This document shows positions 9,793-20,022 of a stretch of DNA of 64,000 nucleotides, piece after piece; the first letter of the stretch is position 1, and each line of letters begins with the position of its first letter. Origin of the DNA: an uncultured Verrucomicrobiae bacterium (GTDB taxonomy: Bacteria; Chlamydiota; Chlamydiia; Chlamydiales; Rhabdochlamydiaceae). Made by a program: the position numbers and the translations under genes. Location of the stretch: the NCBI GenBank assembly GCA_963806855.1, contig CAWDYW010000003.1, positions 512,001-576,000 of the forward strand. The letters run 5' to 3'. Under the pieces are notes generated by a model. That model made no database searches, was not told the DNA's origin, and saw only the letters and a list, made by a program, of their open reading frames with translations.

Positions 9793-9871
9793 TTTTCACC
9801 CATTACTTGAAAAAAATTACTTAAAGTATAGAGAAATTATCTATTAATGCAAGTTTTTAGGAGACTTCCCA

Positions 9872-11200
9872 TTACAGCATCAACTTCATGCCATCGTAGG
9901 CCATTTGGGTATGGCAATGGAGCTGGCATTGATGGAGAATATCTCGCTGGAGTTGCAGCTTTGCCAATAAGGCTTCATCTGTGTGTTTGGGGTCGTGGTG
10001 GGTGACGATCCACTCGGTGATTTGGGCGTATTTGCAAAGGATGACGGCGTTGGCGACAGAGGAGTGGCCCCAACCGACCCGCTTTTGGTATTCTTGTTGG
10101 GTATACTGGGCTTCATGGATGAGGACGTCGGTGCGCTTGAAGAAGTCGATGATGCTTCTGTGCGCTTCGATCAGGGGGTGATCGGGCTTTAGGTTATTGG
10201 GATCGCCTTGATAGCCGAGGAAGAGCTCGTTGTCGGTCGCGTAGCCGTAGGTTTTACCGGCGATGTGGATTTTGAAGCAGAGGGTGGGGCCAGGGTGGTA
10301 GGCGTAGTGGCAGTCGATTTTGATATTGCCGATGGTGACGCTGTGGCCGTCGCGCAAATCGTTGAAGGAGAGTTTGGCTTTCATATCTTCGATGCGCACG
10401 GGGAAATAGTCGTAGGCGAGCATATCGGTGAAGAGCTCTTTGGTCGATTTTTCAAAGCCGACAGGGGACCAGATGACGACGTGAACGTTGGGGTTGTAGA
10501 CGGGGTCGAAGAAGGGGAAACCAGTGATGTGATCCCAATGAGTGTGGCTGATGAAGAGATGGATGGTTTTATGCTTGGTGGTGTCGATGGATTCCCCAAG
10601 GGGACGGATTCCTGTTCCAGCGTCGAAAATGATCAGATCGTCACCGTGGCGTACTTCTAGACATGATGTGTTGCCTCCAAAACGGGTGTAATCGGGGCCA
10701 GAAACGGGATTTGAGCCCCGGGTGCCCCAAAAGTGGAGATAGGAGTCTGCTTCATGCATTTGGGGATGGTAAATTTCTGATTCTGGGGTAGGGGGAAGTG
10801 AAGGGAGTGGTTCGGGGATGAGGTTGCCTTCGAAGAAGCGGTTGAGGAGGATATAGAGGAAGGGGATCTCGAAGGGTTTGACGAGGAAATAATCGGCCCC
10901 AGCTTGCAGGGCGGCGTGGCAATTTTGGATCATCGAGTTGGGCGAGGCGATGATGACGCCGAGGGCTTCGGTTTTGGGATTAGTGCGGATCCGTTTGAGG
11001 ATTTCGATCCCATGCATCTGGGGGATCATCAGGTCGATATAGACGAGGTGGGGCTGGAAGGAGCTCAGCTTTTCGAGTAGCTCTTCACCTGTATAGGCCT
11101 CTTCGAAGATGTAGTGCTCGCTGCCCGGTGCGCTTCGCAGCTTATGCAGGAGGGCCTTGTCCGGGTCGCCTAGGAGGATTTTTTGCACGTTATTCCTCAT
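9872..11200 (-). CDS. response-regulator receiver fused to an MBL-fold hydrolase
   Basis: [11 protein letters not shown] and [10 protein letters not shown] (REC domain); FWGTRGS, GGNTSC, SHTHWDH and GWGHSS (MBL domain). Confidence 0.9.
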   Translation of the reverse strand: MRNNVQKILLGDPDKALLHKLRSAPGSEHYIFEEAYTGEELLEKLSSFQPHLVYIDLMIPQMHGIEILKRIRTNPKTEALGVIIASPNSMIQNCHAALQAGADYFLVKPFEIPFLYILLNRFFEGNLIPEPLPSLPPTPESEIYHPQMHEADSYLHFWGTRGSNPVSGPDYTRFGGNTSCLEVRHGDDLIIFDAGTGIRPLGESIDTTKHKTIHLFISHTHWDHITGFPFFDPVYNPNVHVVIWSPVGFEKSTKELFTDMLAYDYFPVRIEDMKAKLSFNDLRDGHSVTIGNIKIDCHYAYHPGPTLCFKIHIAGKTYGYATDNELFLGYQGDPNNLKPDHPLIEAHRSIIDFFKRTDVLIHEAQYTQQEYQKRVGWGHSSVANAVILCKYAQITEWIVTHHDPKHTDEALLAKLQLQRDILHQCQLHCHTQMAYDGMKLML

Positions 11201-13432
11201 TTTTTGGGGCGCCGATCAAGATGCGGCGCGGTTTTGCGCCTTCTTGCGGTCCGATGACCCCATTATGTTCGAGTTCATCCATCAGAGAGGCAGCTCTTGC
11301 ATAGCCGATCTTGAGTTTGCGCTGAAGAAGGTCGTCGACGCCGTGCGGGTTTCGACGACGATCGAGCGGGCCTGTTCATAGAGGTCTGTGGGCTTTTCCC
11401 TCATCGGAAACGAGGCTCTCTTCTTTTGGCATACTATCAAACGAGGGAATTAGATAGTTGGGTGGAGCTTGATTGCAGATGAAATCGACGATGTGGTTGA
11501 TTTCTTCGTCGCTGATGTAGGCGCCTTGGGCGCGGATCAGAGTGTGAGCTGCCGGGAGGAAAAAGAGCATATCGCCGTTGCCGAGCAGGCTCTCTGCGCC
11601 GATATCGTCGAGGATGATCTGCGAGTTGACGCGGCTGGCGACTTTGAAGGCGATGCGGGTGGGGAAGTTGGCCTTGATCAGGCCGGTGATCACTTCGCGG
11701 GAGGGGCGCTGGGTGGCGAGGATCAGGTGGATGCCGACAGCGCGGGCCATCTGGGCGATGCGGGCGATCGGCGTTTCGAGATCGGAGCTCGGAGACCATC
11801 ATCAGGTCGGCAAATTCGTCGATGATCGCGACGATGGCATGGCATTTTGGCGGGGACGGGGATATTGAGCGAGGCTTCGAGCTCTTGATTGATCTTGGCG
11901 GTTGTTGAAGGCGGTGATATTGCGCAAGCCGAGTTGTTTGAGGATTTCGTAGCGCATCTGCATCTCTTTGACGAGCCAGTTGAGCGCGGCATAGGCGCCA
12001 TGCGCTTCGGTGATGACAGGGGCGATCATGTGGGGGAGATTAGTGTAGCGGGTCAGCTCGACTTTTTTCGGATCGATCATGAGCAGTTTGATTTCATCGG
12101 GGCCGCGCATTCATCAGGATCGACATGACGATCGTGTTGATACAGACCGATTTTCCCGATCCGGTCGCTCCGGCGATGATGCAGTGGGGCATCTTGGCCA
12201 AATCGCTGATCACGATTTCGCCTGCGACGGTTTTGCCAAGAAGAACGGGGATATGGGCATTTGCGCGGCTTCTGCTGGTAGTATTGCGAAAAGCTCTTTG
12301 AAGCTCACTTCTTGCGGGATAGAGCGAGGGGATCTCGACGCCGACAGCTGCTTTGCCGGGAATGGGGGCGATGATGCGGATCGATTTGGCCTGCAGGTTG
12401 AGGGCGATGTCGTTTTCGAGCGCTTTGATCTTTTGCACTTTGACGCCGACGGCGGGGTGCACTTCAAACGAGGTGATCGTCGGTCCGCAATGGATATCTC
12501 CCACTTTGGCTTCGATCCCAAAGCTCATCAGCGTCTCTTCCAAGATGTCGGCCTGGCTTGCGCAGATCTTTTTTCAGGAGCGCTGGATCGATTTGCTTTG
12601 GAATCCGGAGCATGGAGGCTGGAGGGAGGACATAGTCGGTGCTGCTCATTTTTTTAGGAGCCGGTTCCCTCTTTTTCGGTGCCGGCGCGGGTGCCACTTT
12701 CATTTCCTGAGGCTGTGAGAAAATGGGCCTTGGAGCCGGTGGGAGAATGTTGTCGGTGGTGAAAGTGGGCAGCTCCTCCTCTTTTTTCGGCAGCTCAAAA
12801 TCTTTAGCCGATTTGTAGGCCCAAAGTCCAAGCTTCTTCAATTTTTCCCATAGCACTGCCGCGGGGATCTCGGTGAAAAGGAGCGTCGAGACAAGAGCGA
12901 TGATGGAGAAGGTGATCCCGATGCCTACATTGCTGAGCAGATGTTTCAAGTTGTAGGTCGGCAAATCGGTGTAGAGATAATAGAGCGGCACCCCGCCCAA
13001 ATTGTGCCGGATGTGCATGTGCGGATAGGGCTGATTGAGGACGATCGTCTCGACGCGCACCTTGTGGAGCAGAATATCAGGAAAGGGGACTTTTGTCTCG
13101 GCGACCAGATTGAGCAGAATGCAAAAGGCAAAGAGAAAGCAGCCGAAGTAAAAATTCTTCACCTTGATCCGCTCGTCTGGGTTTTTGCTTAAGGTAATGA
13201 CTCCCAGATATCCCACATAGAACATCAGCAAAAAGCTCCCGAGTCCAAACAGGTAGGTGAAGCCAAACGCAATTGCGTGACCGACGAGCCCCAGCCAATT
13301 GTCCTTCGGGGCGTCATTGTGGAAGCTAAAGAGGGAGAGCTGCATGACGATCGAAAGGGCTAAGAGAAAAAGTCCCTTAGCTTCAGGATGACGTGCGAAG
13401 AATGATTTTTTTTCTTGTTTCTTTACGGCCAT
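11190..13432 (-). pseudogene. ftsK: DNA translocase FtsK, broken by several frameshifts (probably sequence errors)
   Basis: The 4TM N-terminus, IAGATGSGKSV, MIDPKKVEL, MARAVGIHLILATQRPS, GAESLLGNGDML and gamma-domain [12 protein letters not shown] are spread over at least five reading-frame segments. Confidence 0.9.
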
Positions 13433-14178
13433 AGGAAGAGGTTAGCTAATATGCCAAGAAGGATACAATACCAGGCAAAATGTTTTAAATTCCCTTTTTC
13501 AAGCCACTTGATCGCATAGCGGATAACGACGATCCCCGCGAGAAAAGCGGCTGCAAATCCGAGCAGACAATCGACATTCAGCGCGACAGGTTCCTGATTT
13601 TTCCAAAGACGGAGAGTCTCAACCAAATTCCCTCCCACAATAGTCGGAATGGCGAGTAAAAAGGAAAATCGGACCGCGTCTTTCGGCGCCCACCCCAGCG
13701 CACTTGCACAGGAAATTGTCGATGCGCTTCTCGAAATCCCCGGGATCAGCGCCATCGACTGCATCGTCCCAATGAGCAGAGCATCGCGCACAGGGCGCCC
13801 CTGACTTTTGATCCGCACCTTCTGCCCCAGCAGCAAAATTGCGCCGGTGATCATCAAGCAAACGCCCAAGTACTGAGGCGCCGAGGCCATTTTTCGCAAG
13901 GGGGCGAGGAGGAAATAGCTGGGGACAAGGGGAATGAGGGCGAAAAATAGATAGAGCATTCCCTTTCGGTCTTGAATAAATAAGCGGAGAATTTCTCTCT
14001 TGAAAAACCAAACTAATGCCACAAGGGATCCCAGATGGCAGGCCAGATCAAAGATGACCGGCATCTCTTCTACGCCAAAGACCATCTTGGTCAATTTAAG
14101 ATGGGCAGAGGAGCTCACCGGAAAAAATTCAGTGAGTCCCTGCACAACTCCAAGTAAAAGTGCAAGCAAATGGGGCAT
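13423..14178 (-). CDS. uppP: undecaprenyl-diphosphate phosphatase
   Basis: GVVQGLTEFFPVSSSAHL and PGISRS motifs. Confidence 0.93.
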   Translation of the reverse strand: MPHLLALLLGVVQGLTEFFPVSSSAHLKLTKMVFGVEEMPVIFDLACHLGSLVALVWFFKREILRLFIQDRKGMLYLFFALIPLVPSYFLLAPLRKMASAPQYLGVCLMITGAILLLGQKVRIKSQGRPVRDALLIGTMQSMALIPGISRSASTISCASALGWAPKDAVRFSFLLAIPTIVGGNLVETLRLWKNQEPVALNVDCLLGFAAAFLAGIVVIRYAIKWLEKGNLKHFAWYCILLGILANLFLWP

Positions 14179-14203
14179 ATCTCATTGATATCACAAATGC
14201 TCT

Positions 14204-15385
14204 TTAATTACACACAGGGTCCCGCATCTGCGCGTAGTAATCTGCTGATCGATTTTCGAGCATCTCCAAAAGTTCTGGACTTGCCAACCCGTTGTCGAGG
14301 AGCAGCTTCACCACTTGAGGACTCTCCCGTCCAAAGACCATTTGCCGTTCAGTGTGGCCGGTTTTTGAATAGGGTTCTAGCACTTCAGGAGCGGTTCCAA
14401 CCTCGAGGAGTCTTTCCCAGAGAAATTCGAGCCTTGTCCCAGCCGCATATTTTTGCTCTCCCCCGGTCAATTGAATACAATCGGGAAGCGGATCTAGTTT
14501 CGTTTCTGCGCGCGGGTGCACAAAGAAGACCATCGAATAGCGCTCTTTTTTGGGCTCGGCGGCTAGCACTCTGTGTTTGGCGCTTTTAAAGAGGCCATTG
14601 GTCAAATTTTGGAGCATATCGCCCACGTTGACGATGAAGGCATCTTCAGGGACCACCACATTGAGCCATTGCCCATCCATCTCCAGTTGCAACCCCTTTT
14701 CTGTTGCAAAAGGGAGCAGTGTCATCAGGTCGATATCGGTGTGCGGGGCGGCCCAAAAGAGAGGTTTTTCCAGATCCTCGAGCATTTCTTCGTCCATCGC
14801 AGGATAGTAGAGCGAGCGGAGCAGAGAAAATCCATCGAACGTTTCCCGACCCAGAAAATCGAGCGGGAGGTCGCCATTTCCATGCAGATTGATTGTCGCA
14901 ATGATTGCCTCTTGCAGGGGGATCACATATTTGTCGAGCTCATTGAAAAGAGGGACCATTGCTTCCCTATAGCCCTCTTGATCGGGCCACACATTCGGAA
15001 GGGGACTATTTTCTCGACCCATGTGGAAAATCTCTTTGTAGTCTTTCATGTTATTCCCTTTGGCGGTTTCATTGGTCATGTAGCCGCGTGGGTCGCTGTG
15101 CATGTATTGCTTTTTGTAATCGAGGTCTCTCTGAAAGAAAATCTTTGCCTGATCATAGGCTTGTGCGATAACCTCTCGATCGACACCGGTATTGCGGACG
15201 GCAAAGAATCCGACCGTTGACATCGCATCGTGGAGCGTATTTAAAAACTCTTCCCTCTTTTCAGGAGCATAAAAATCATTCATGTCGACTACCGGGATCC
15301 GGAGATCGAGATCTCCATAGACATTCGAAATGAGTGTTGATAATATAGTAACGAGACATAAACAATACGTTTTTATATAATGCAT
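14204..15385 (-). CDS. 2OG-Fe(II) oxygenase, isopenicillin-N-synthase-like family
   Basis: IPVVDM, GFFAVRN, HTD...H facial triad (APHTD, SAKHRV), RYS motif; N-terminal signal-like peptide. Confidence 0.88.
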   Translation of the reverse strand: MHYIKTYCLCLVTILSTLISNVYGDLDLRIPVVDMNDFYAPEKREEFLNTLHDAMSTVGFFAVRNTGVDREVIAQAYDQAKIFFQRDLDYKKQYMHSDPRGYMTNETAKGNNMKDYKEIFHMGRENSPLPNVWPDQEGYREAMVPLFNELDKYVIPLQEAIIATINLHGNGDLPLDFLGRETFDGFSLLRSLYYPAMDEEMLEDLEKPLFWAAPHTDIDLMTLLPFATEKGLQLEMDGQWLNVVVPEDAFIVNVGDMLQNLTNGLFKSAKHRVLAAEPKKERYSMVFFVHPRAETKLDPLPDCIQLTGGEQKYAAGTRLEFLWERLLEVGTAPEVLEPYSKTGHTERQMVFGRESPQVVKLLLDNGLASPELLEMLENRSADYYAQMRDPVCN

Positions 15386-15434
15386 ACTTCCTCCTAGAAA
15401 GGGGATACCTTACTGCAAAACAATAATTAAGGCA

Positions 15435-16034
15435 ATGGGCATATTTTTGAAATTTTTGAAAAAGAAATCGGTCATTTGGACCCTCTGTTGCATCCCCTAT
15501 GGCCTCATCCTTGTAATCGCTTGCCTTTACGGACCTTTATCCTCTGAATTTTGGAAATGGACGATTGCAATCAGTGGATATACAGCTGCGGCTCTTCTCG
15601 CGATCTGCCTGATTTCTGCTCCACTGCACAAAAATTTTCCCTCTTCCAAATTCTTAATGATTTTGCACCGGCATCAAAGAGAAACAGGATTGTCGGTTTT
15701 TTTCTATGCCCTCTTGCATGCCTCATCCTACTTTATCGAAAAGAAGATCCGAATTGGAAATTATGAGTGGATCTACCTTCTCCACCCTGTGATTATTCCT
15801 GGGGTGATCGCACTCGCTATTCTTTTAGTTCTATCGGTGACAAGCAATCAGTTTTCGATCAAAAAGTTAACCTACAAGAAATGGAAAAATTTACACAGCT
15901 CGGTCTATATCGTCGAAGGGGCTGTCTTTCTGCATATGGTTTTTCAAGGGGGGAAAATCCTTCTCTGGGGATGCGCGATCTTCATCCCCCTGTTCCTTTG
16001 TCAACGCTTTAGATTGAAAAAGGGAGAATTATAA
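15435..16034 (+). CDS. MsrQ/YedZ-like ferric-reductase transmembrane protein
   Basis: RETGL..FFYALLH, LSVTSN...KKL..KKWKNLH, conserved His residues. Confidence 0.8.
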   Translation: MGIFLKFLKKKSVIWTLCCIPYGLILVIACLYGPLSSEFWKWTIAISGYTAAALLAICLISAPLHKNFPSSKFLMILHRHQRETGLSVFFYALLHASSYFIEKKIRIGNYEWIYLLHPVIIPGVIALAILLVLSVTSNQFSIKKLTYKKWKNLHSSVYIVEGAVFLHMVFQGGKILLWGCAIFIPLFLCQRFRLKKGEL

Positions 16035-16168
16035 CGAAAAAAATGGGAATTCGACAATATCCTTATCATTTGTTTATACTCAATCTTTTGAAAAAGAAAT
16101 CGCTCATTTGGGCAGTCTGCTTCTCCCTCGCAGGATCTGCCAATGAAAGGATCGGGACAAAGGAGATT

Positions 16169-17044
16169 ATGGCTCTAACGAACCTTCGCAATTATAAAAA
16201 AGCTGAATGTCTCCAATTGCTGGAGAAGGCGTCAGAGGCTGAACTTTGGGATGCCCTTCTCGAAGGACAGGCGCAGCTCTGTTTTGATGCAGAATGTCAG
16301 TGGATTGCCAAGGAAAAGTGGTGGGGCTCTGTTCAGAATGTTCTAGAAATCGGCTGTGGGAATGGTGCTTTTCTTGCCAAGCTCGCCGATCAGTTCCCCA
16401 CAAAGTCCTTTCGGGGCATCGAGAAACTGGCCTCCTCTCTCGATGTTGCCAAAAAGCGAAATAGCAGGCAAAACATCCACTTCCAGCAGGGCGATGCTGA
16501 AATCTTCGATCCATCCTTGGTCAATTCAGCCGACGTTATGATCTTTCGGCTAGTGCTCCAACACCTAAGCGATCCGCTTCTTGCTCTCAAAAATTCCTCA
16601 CAGTATCTCACTTCTGATGGCTATGTGCTCATCATCGATGCATATGATCAAGCAAGCAGAAATTCGCACCCCATTACCGCCATCGAAGAGGCATTGAAAC
16701 TCGCCGCAGAATATCAACGTACGCACAAAACGGGTGGAAATAGAAGAATTTCCCTAGATCTTTTGAAACTCCTAGAGGATGATCAGAACTTCCAAGTAGT
16801 ATTTAGCAATTTGGATGCGGATGGACATATTCTGCATGAGATCATGCGTCATGAGGGAAAGAGGGCCCGCCAGCTCTATTTTAATAATGGCCTATTATTC
16901 CTCACGCTCGTGCATCGCACTTACAAAGTCCCCGTCAATGTAGATAAAGCCTATGATGAGCTCAATTCCTTCCTCGAAGATGAGCAGGCCTGGAGCTCGA
17001 TGGGAATGCACTTCTTGGTGTTAAAGAAGAGGGGCGGGGTATAA
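16169..17044 (+). CDS. class I SAM-dependent methyltransferase
   Basis: VLEIGCGNG and RLVLQHL motifs; start moved to the ATG at 16169, after AGGAG. Confidence 0.85.
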   Translation: MALTNLRNYKKAECLQLLEKASEAELWDALLEGQAQLCFDAECQWIAKEKWWGSVQNVLEIGCGNGAFLAKLADQFPTKSFRGIEKLASSLDVAKKRNSRQNIHFQQGDAEIFDPSLVNSADVMIFRLVLQHLSDPLLALKNSSQYLTSDGYVLIIDAYDQASRNSHPITAIEEALKLAAEYQRTHKTGGNRRISLDLLKLLEDDQNFQVVFSNLDADGHILHEIMRHEGKRARQLYFNNGLLFLTLVHRTYKVPVNVDKAYDELNSFLEDEQAWSSMGMHFLVLKKRGGV

Positions 17045-17139
17045 TTCAAGTTTTTCTACTGCAACTTGTTTTTTAACCCCAAACAGTATTAAATTCTCCA
17101 TCGTCTATACCATGCGACCTCGACAAACTGGAGAACCCT

Positions 17140-17765
17140 ATGACCTCTTCTATCCTCCTTCGATCTTGCGGATTTGGATTCATAAATCTTGTGAATGACT
17201 CCGCCGATTATCTCACTTCATTGATCCCTCTAAAAGATAATGCAGGGCTAAAAACAGCAATCAAAATTGCTCTTTGGGCTCTTATCCTTCATCAAGCTTC
17301 GGCAACTGTTCTCGAAGTGAGTGCACAGGCAATTCGATGCTTTGGCATTATCAATACTACCCTTTTCGAGTAATTAGAACCTGTTTTGAGAACGTGAATA
17401 ACCTTTTTACGTACAATGTGACTATACTTTCTCATCCAATCAAATTGGGAGGTAGGTTTAGCCAGTTAGGAGAAAAACGCAGCCGGGTGTATATGGGGAT
17501 GGACCCAATTTGGCCTTGGGATGGACCTAGTTGCGCGATTATTCACGAAATGGCTGCCCCAAATGTTGGCAAGGACCGCATCGGCATGATAATAGAGTCT
17601 GATCTACATAGTCTGATACAAATCTATTTCGATAGAAAGAATCCGACAGCTGTTGAAATTATTAAAGATCGACCAAATCCTTTAGGCTATATGGAGAAAA
17701 CAGATACTACAGCTGTACGCATATTCGACCCAAACAGCATAGTAGTAGAGTGCAAAAAATTGTAG
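17140..17765 (+). pseudogene. hypothetical gene split over two frames (17140..17373 and about 17370..17765)
   Basis: The ORF with a GGAG RBS stops at 17373; an overlapping frame continues to 17765 without an obvious start. Confidence 0.4.
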
Positions 17766-17807
17766 TCTTGATCAGAGCAGCCATTGTCTTCAGTCTATTT
17801 TTCAACT

Positions 17808-18431
17808 TCATTCTGGCTTTGCATACCTCTTGGCATCCTCTTTTTTGACTTCATCGAGAAACATCTTCATCTCCTTGTCAGTAGCAAATTCTCTCACAGT
17901 GGCATCTTTGTGATCGATTGTCGTAATGCCCTGTAAGTGATCATATTCGTGTTGGAAGACCTTCGCAGCAAATCCCTCGAGCCGTTTTGCCACTGTTTTG
18001 CCTTCCCAATTGGTATAGGTGACGTCTATACTCTCATAGCGAAAGAGCTCTGCCAGCTTCCAGCATTGATCGAAACAACAGGAAAAACACCCCTCCCATC
18101 CAATTACTTTGGCGTTACTCGCAGGCCTCATGGTGGGGTTGATGACCACCTCGAGATGTTCAGGTTTGCGATCGTAGCTGAAGATGAAGACCGATTTGCT
18201 AATGCCAATTTGGGGGGCTGCGCAGCCAGCTGCCGGGAAAAAGGGATGAATGGACCAAAATAGTTTGACTGCAATTTCTTTGGCCAGAAGCATTTCCCTG
18301 GGCAGGATGAGGTCTTCAGTTTTCTTTTGCAACACATCATGATGGGGGCTGTGCAGCGTGACGATGTTTAGTTCTTCAGCAGAATGGGGAGAATTGGGTG
18401 AGTGAGGAGGAAAAGATGGGGGGATTTCCAT
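17808..18431 (-). CDS. def: peptide deformylase
   Basis: GCAAPQIG, EGCFS and QHEYDHLQG motifs; start uncertain. Confidence 0.9.
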   Translation of the reverse strand: MEIPPSFPPHSPNSPHSAEELNIVTLHSPHHDVLQKKTEDLILPREMLLAKEIAVKLFWSIHPFFPAAGCAAPQIGISKSVFIFSYDRKPEHLEVVINPTMRPASNAKVIGWEGCFSCCFDQCWKLAELFRYESIDVTYTNWEGKTVAKRLEGFAAKVFQHEYDHLQGITTIDHKDATVREFATDKEMKMFLDEVKKEDAKRYAKPE

Positions 18432-18515
18432 GGTGATCCAGTTGTAGGTAATGTCGATTAATCTTGACAAACTCGCTTATTTTTTGGTTAGCTTTTTCAA
18501 AAAGCACGAGTGGCT

Positions 18516-19505
18516 ATGCGAAAATTTTTTCTATTAACTTTTTTAGTGGGGGTGCCTGTTATGGCTGATGTCAATTCTGCTGCCAATCTTATCGAAAATC
18601 CACAATTCAAGGCGCTGATCGATGGCTTTGGCGAGGTGGTGAAGACTTCATTCGAGAGTGGGCTCGACGCTGCGCGCAAGCGGTGCACCGAATTTTTCCT
18701 CTCGGATGCCGATGAGCGTATTGAAGTGGAGTCGATCCAAGATGTGACGATAGAAGGGGAAGATCAGCATCAAATCCCTCTACGCATTTATAGGCCGTCT
18801 GCAGACAATGAGCTCCCTGTCATTGTCTATTTCCACCGAGGGGGCTGGATTTTTGGAAATATTGAAGAGGCCGATCCTGTTTGCCGGATGCTGGCCCACT
18901 ACTTGCAATGCGTGGTGGTCTCGGTCGATTTCCGATTAGCCCCAGAGAATCCCTTCCCAAAACCATTAGAGGACTGTTATGCGGCAACTCAGTGGGCATC
19001 TAAACATGCTAGCGAATTTGGTGGAGATACCCAGAGGCTGATTGTCTGCGGAGAAAGCTGCGGGGGGAATCTTGCTGCGGCTGTAACCCTGATGGCCAAA
19101 GAGAAGAAGGGGCCTTCGATTGCCCAGCAACTTCTTATTTATCCGATCATCACCTCTACTATCCTAGATGAACCTTATGATCACTGCCCTGATCAGCATT
19201 TTATTACCAAGGGAGGAATGCAGTTTATGTGGAGTGCTTATTTGGGGGCTCCAGAGAATGCTCAAAATCCTTTAGCCTCTGTCGAGCTTGCAGATCTAAG
19301 TGATCTTCCACCTGCTGTCATCATTACAGCCGAATACGATCCTCTGTGCCAGGAAGGGGAAATGTATGGGGAAAAGTTGCTTGAAGCGGGTGTTGCCGTT
19401 CAAACGATGCGTGTCCCTGAAGTGATCCATGGTTTTCTCGATCTTCCGCTCTATGATTTGGAGCAGAAGATTGCCTGGACCAAAGAGATCAAGGAAATGC
19501 TATAG
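18516..19505 (+). CDS. HSL-family alpha/beta hydrolase (esterase/lipase)
   Basis: HRGGW (HGGG variant), GESCGG nucleophile elbow, EYDPL, HGF. Confidence 0.9.
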   Translation: MRKFFLLTFLVGVPVMADVNSAANLIENPQFKALIDGFGEVVKTSFESGLDAARKRCTEFFLSDADERIEVESIQDVTIEGEDQHQIPLRIYRPSADNELPVIVYFHRGGWIFGNIEEADPVCRMLAHYLQCVVVSVDFRLAPENPFPKPLEDCYAATQWASKHASEFGGDTQRLIVCGESCGGNLAAAVTLMAKEKKGPSIAQQLLIYPIITSTILDEPYDHCPDQHFITKGGMQFMWSAYLGAPENAQNPLASVELADLSDLPPAVIITAEYDPLCQEGEMYGEKLLEAGVAVQTMRVPEVIHGFLDLPLYDLEQKIAWTKEIKEML

Positions 19506-19581
19506 CTGTCTAATTGAAGGAGCCTTATGTTAAATTATCCATTGCTCGGCATTTAAACTTTTTGTAAATCAGGAATATTAA

Positions 19582-19998
19582 ATGGACAAAATCCGGTTAA
19601 ATAAAACGGTTATTAAAAGATATTTTGAAGAGGTGTGGAATCAAGGAAAATTAGAAGTGCTTGATGAGATTATCGCGCCGAACTATATCAATCATAGCCC
19701 GGGCATGCCGAATCCGGTGCCTGGGCCCGAAGGTCTAAAACCAATAATTTCCGCATTACGCAAAGCGTTCCCGGATTTATGTTTTACTATAGAAAATATG
19801 GTTATCTCAGAGACACAAGTAGCCATACATTGTACAATGCACGGCACTCATAAAGGTGATTTATTTGGTCTTGCAGCGACGGGTAGAAAAATTAAGGTAA
19901 ATCAAATGCAAATTGAACGCATTATAAATGGGAAACTTGTTGAGCATTGGCGTCAGTCCGATGATTTAGGCATGATGCGGCAACTAGGTCAGATTTAA
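19582..19998 (+). CDS. SnoaL-like ester cyclase
   Basis: AFPDL, GTHKGDLFGLAATGRKI, EHW...D.LGMMRQLG. Confidence 0.9.
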   Translation: MDKIRLNKTVIKRYFEEVWNQGKLEVLDEIIAPNYINHSPGMPNPVPGPEGLKPIISALRKAFPDLCFTIENMVISETQVAIHCTMHGTHKGDLFGLAATGRKIKVNQMQIERIINGKLVEHWRQSDDLGMMRQLGQI

Positions 19999-20022
19999 AT
20001 ATAAGTTCTTTATAGATACAGA

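Noticed and set aside
10208..13298. Many long alternative-frame and antisense ORFs
   Set aside because: They are shadows of GC-rich real genes (REC-MBL, ftsK); the same applies over comEC, ndh, dnaX and groEL.
11190..13432. Programmed frameshifting in ftsK
   Set aside because: There are too many shifts, in both directions, and no consistent slippery sites.
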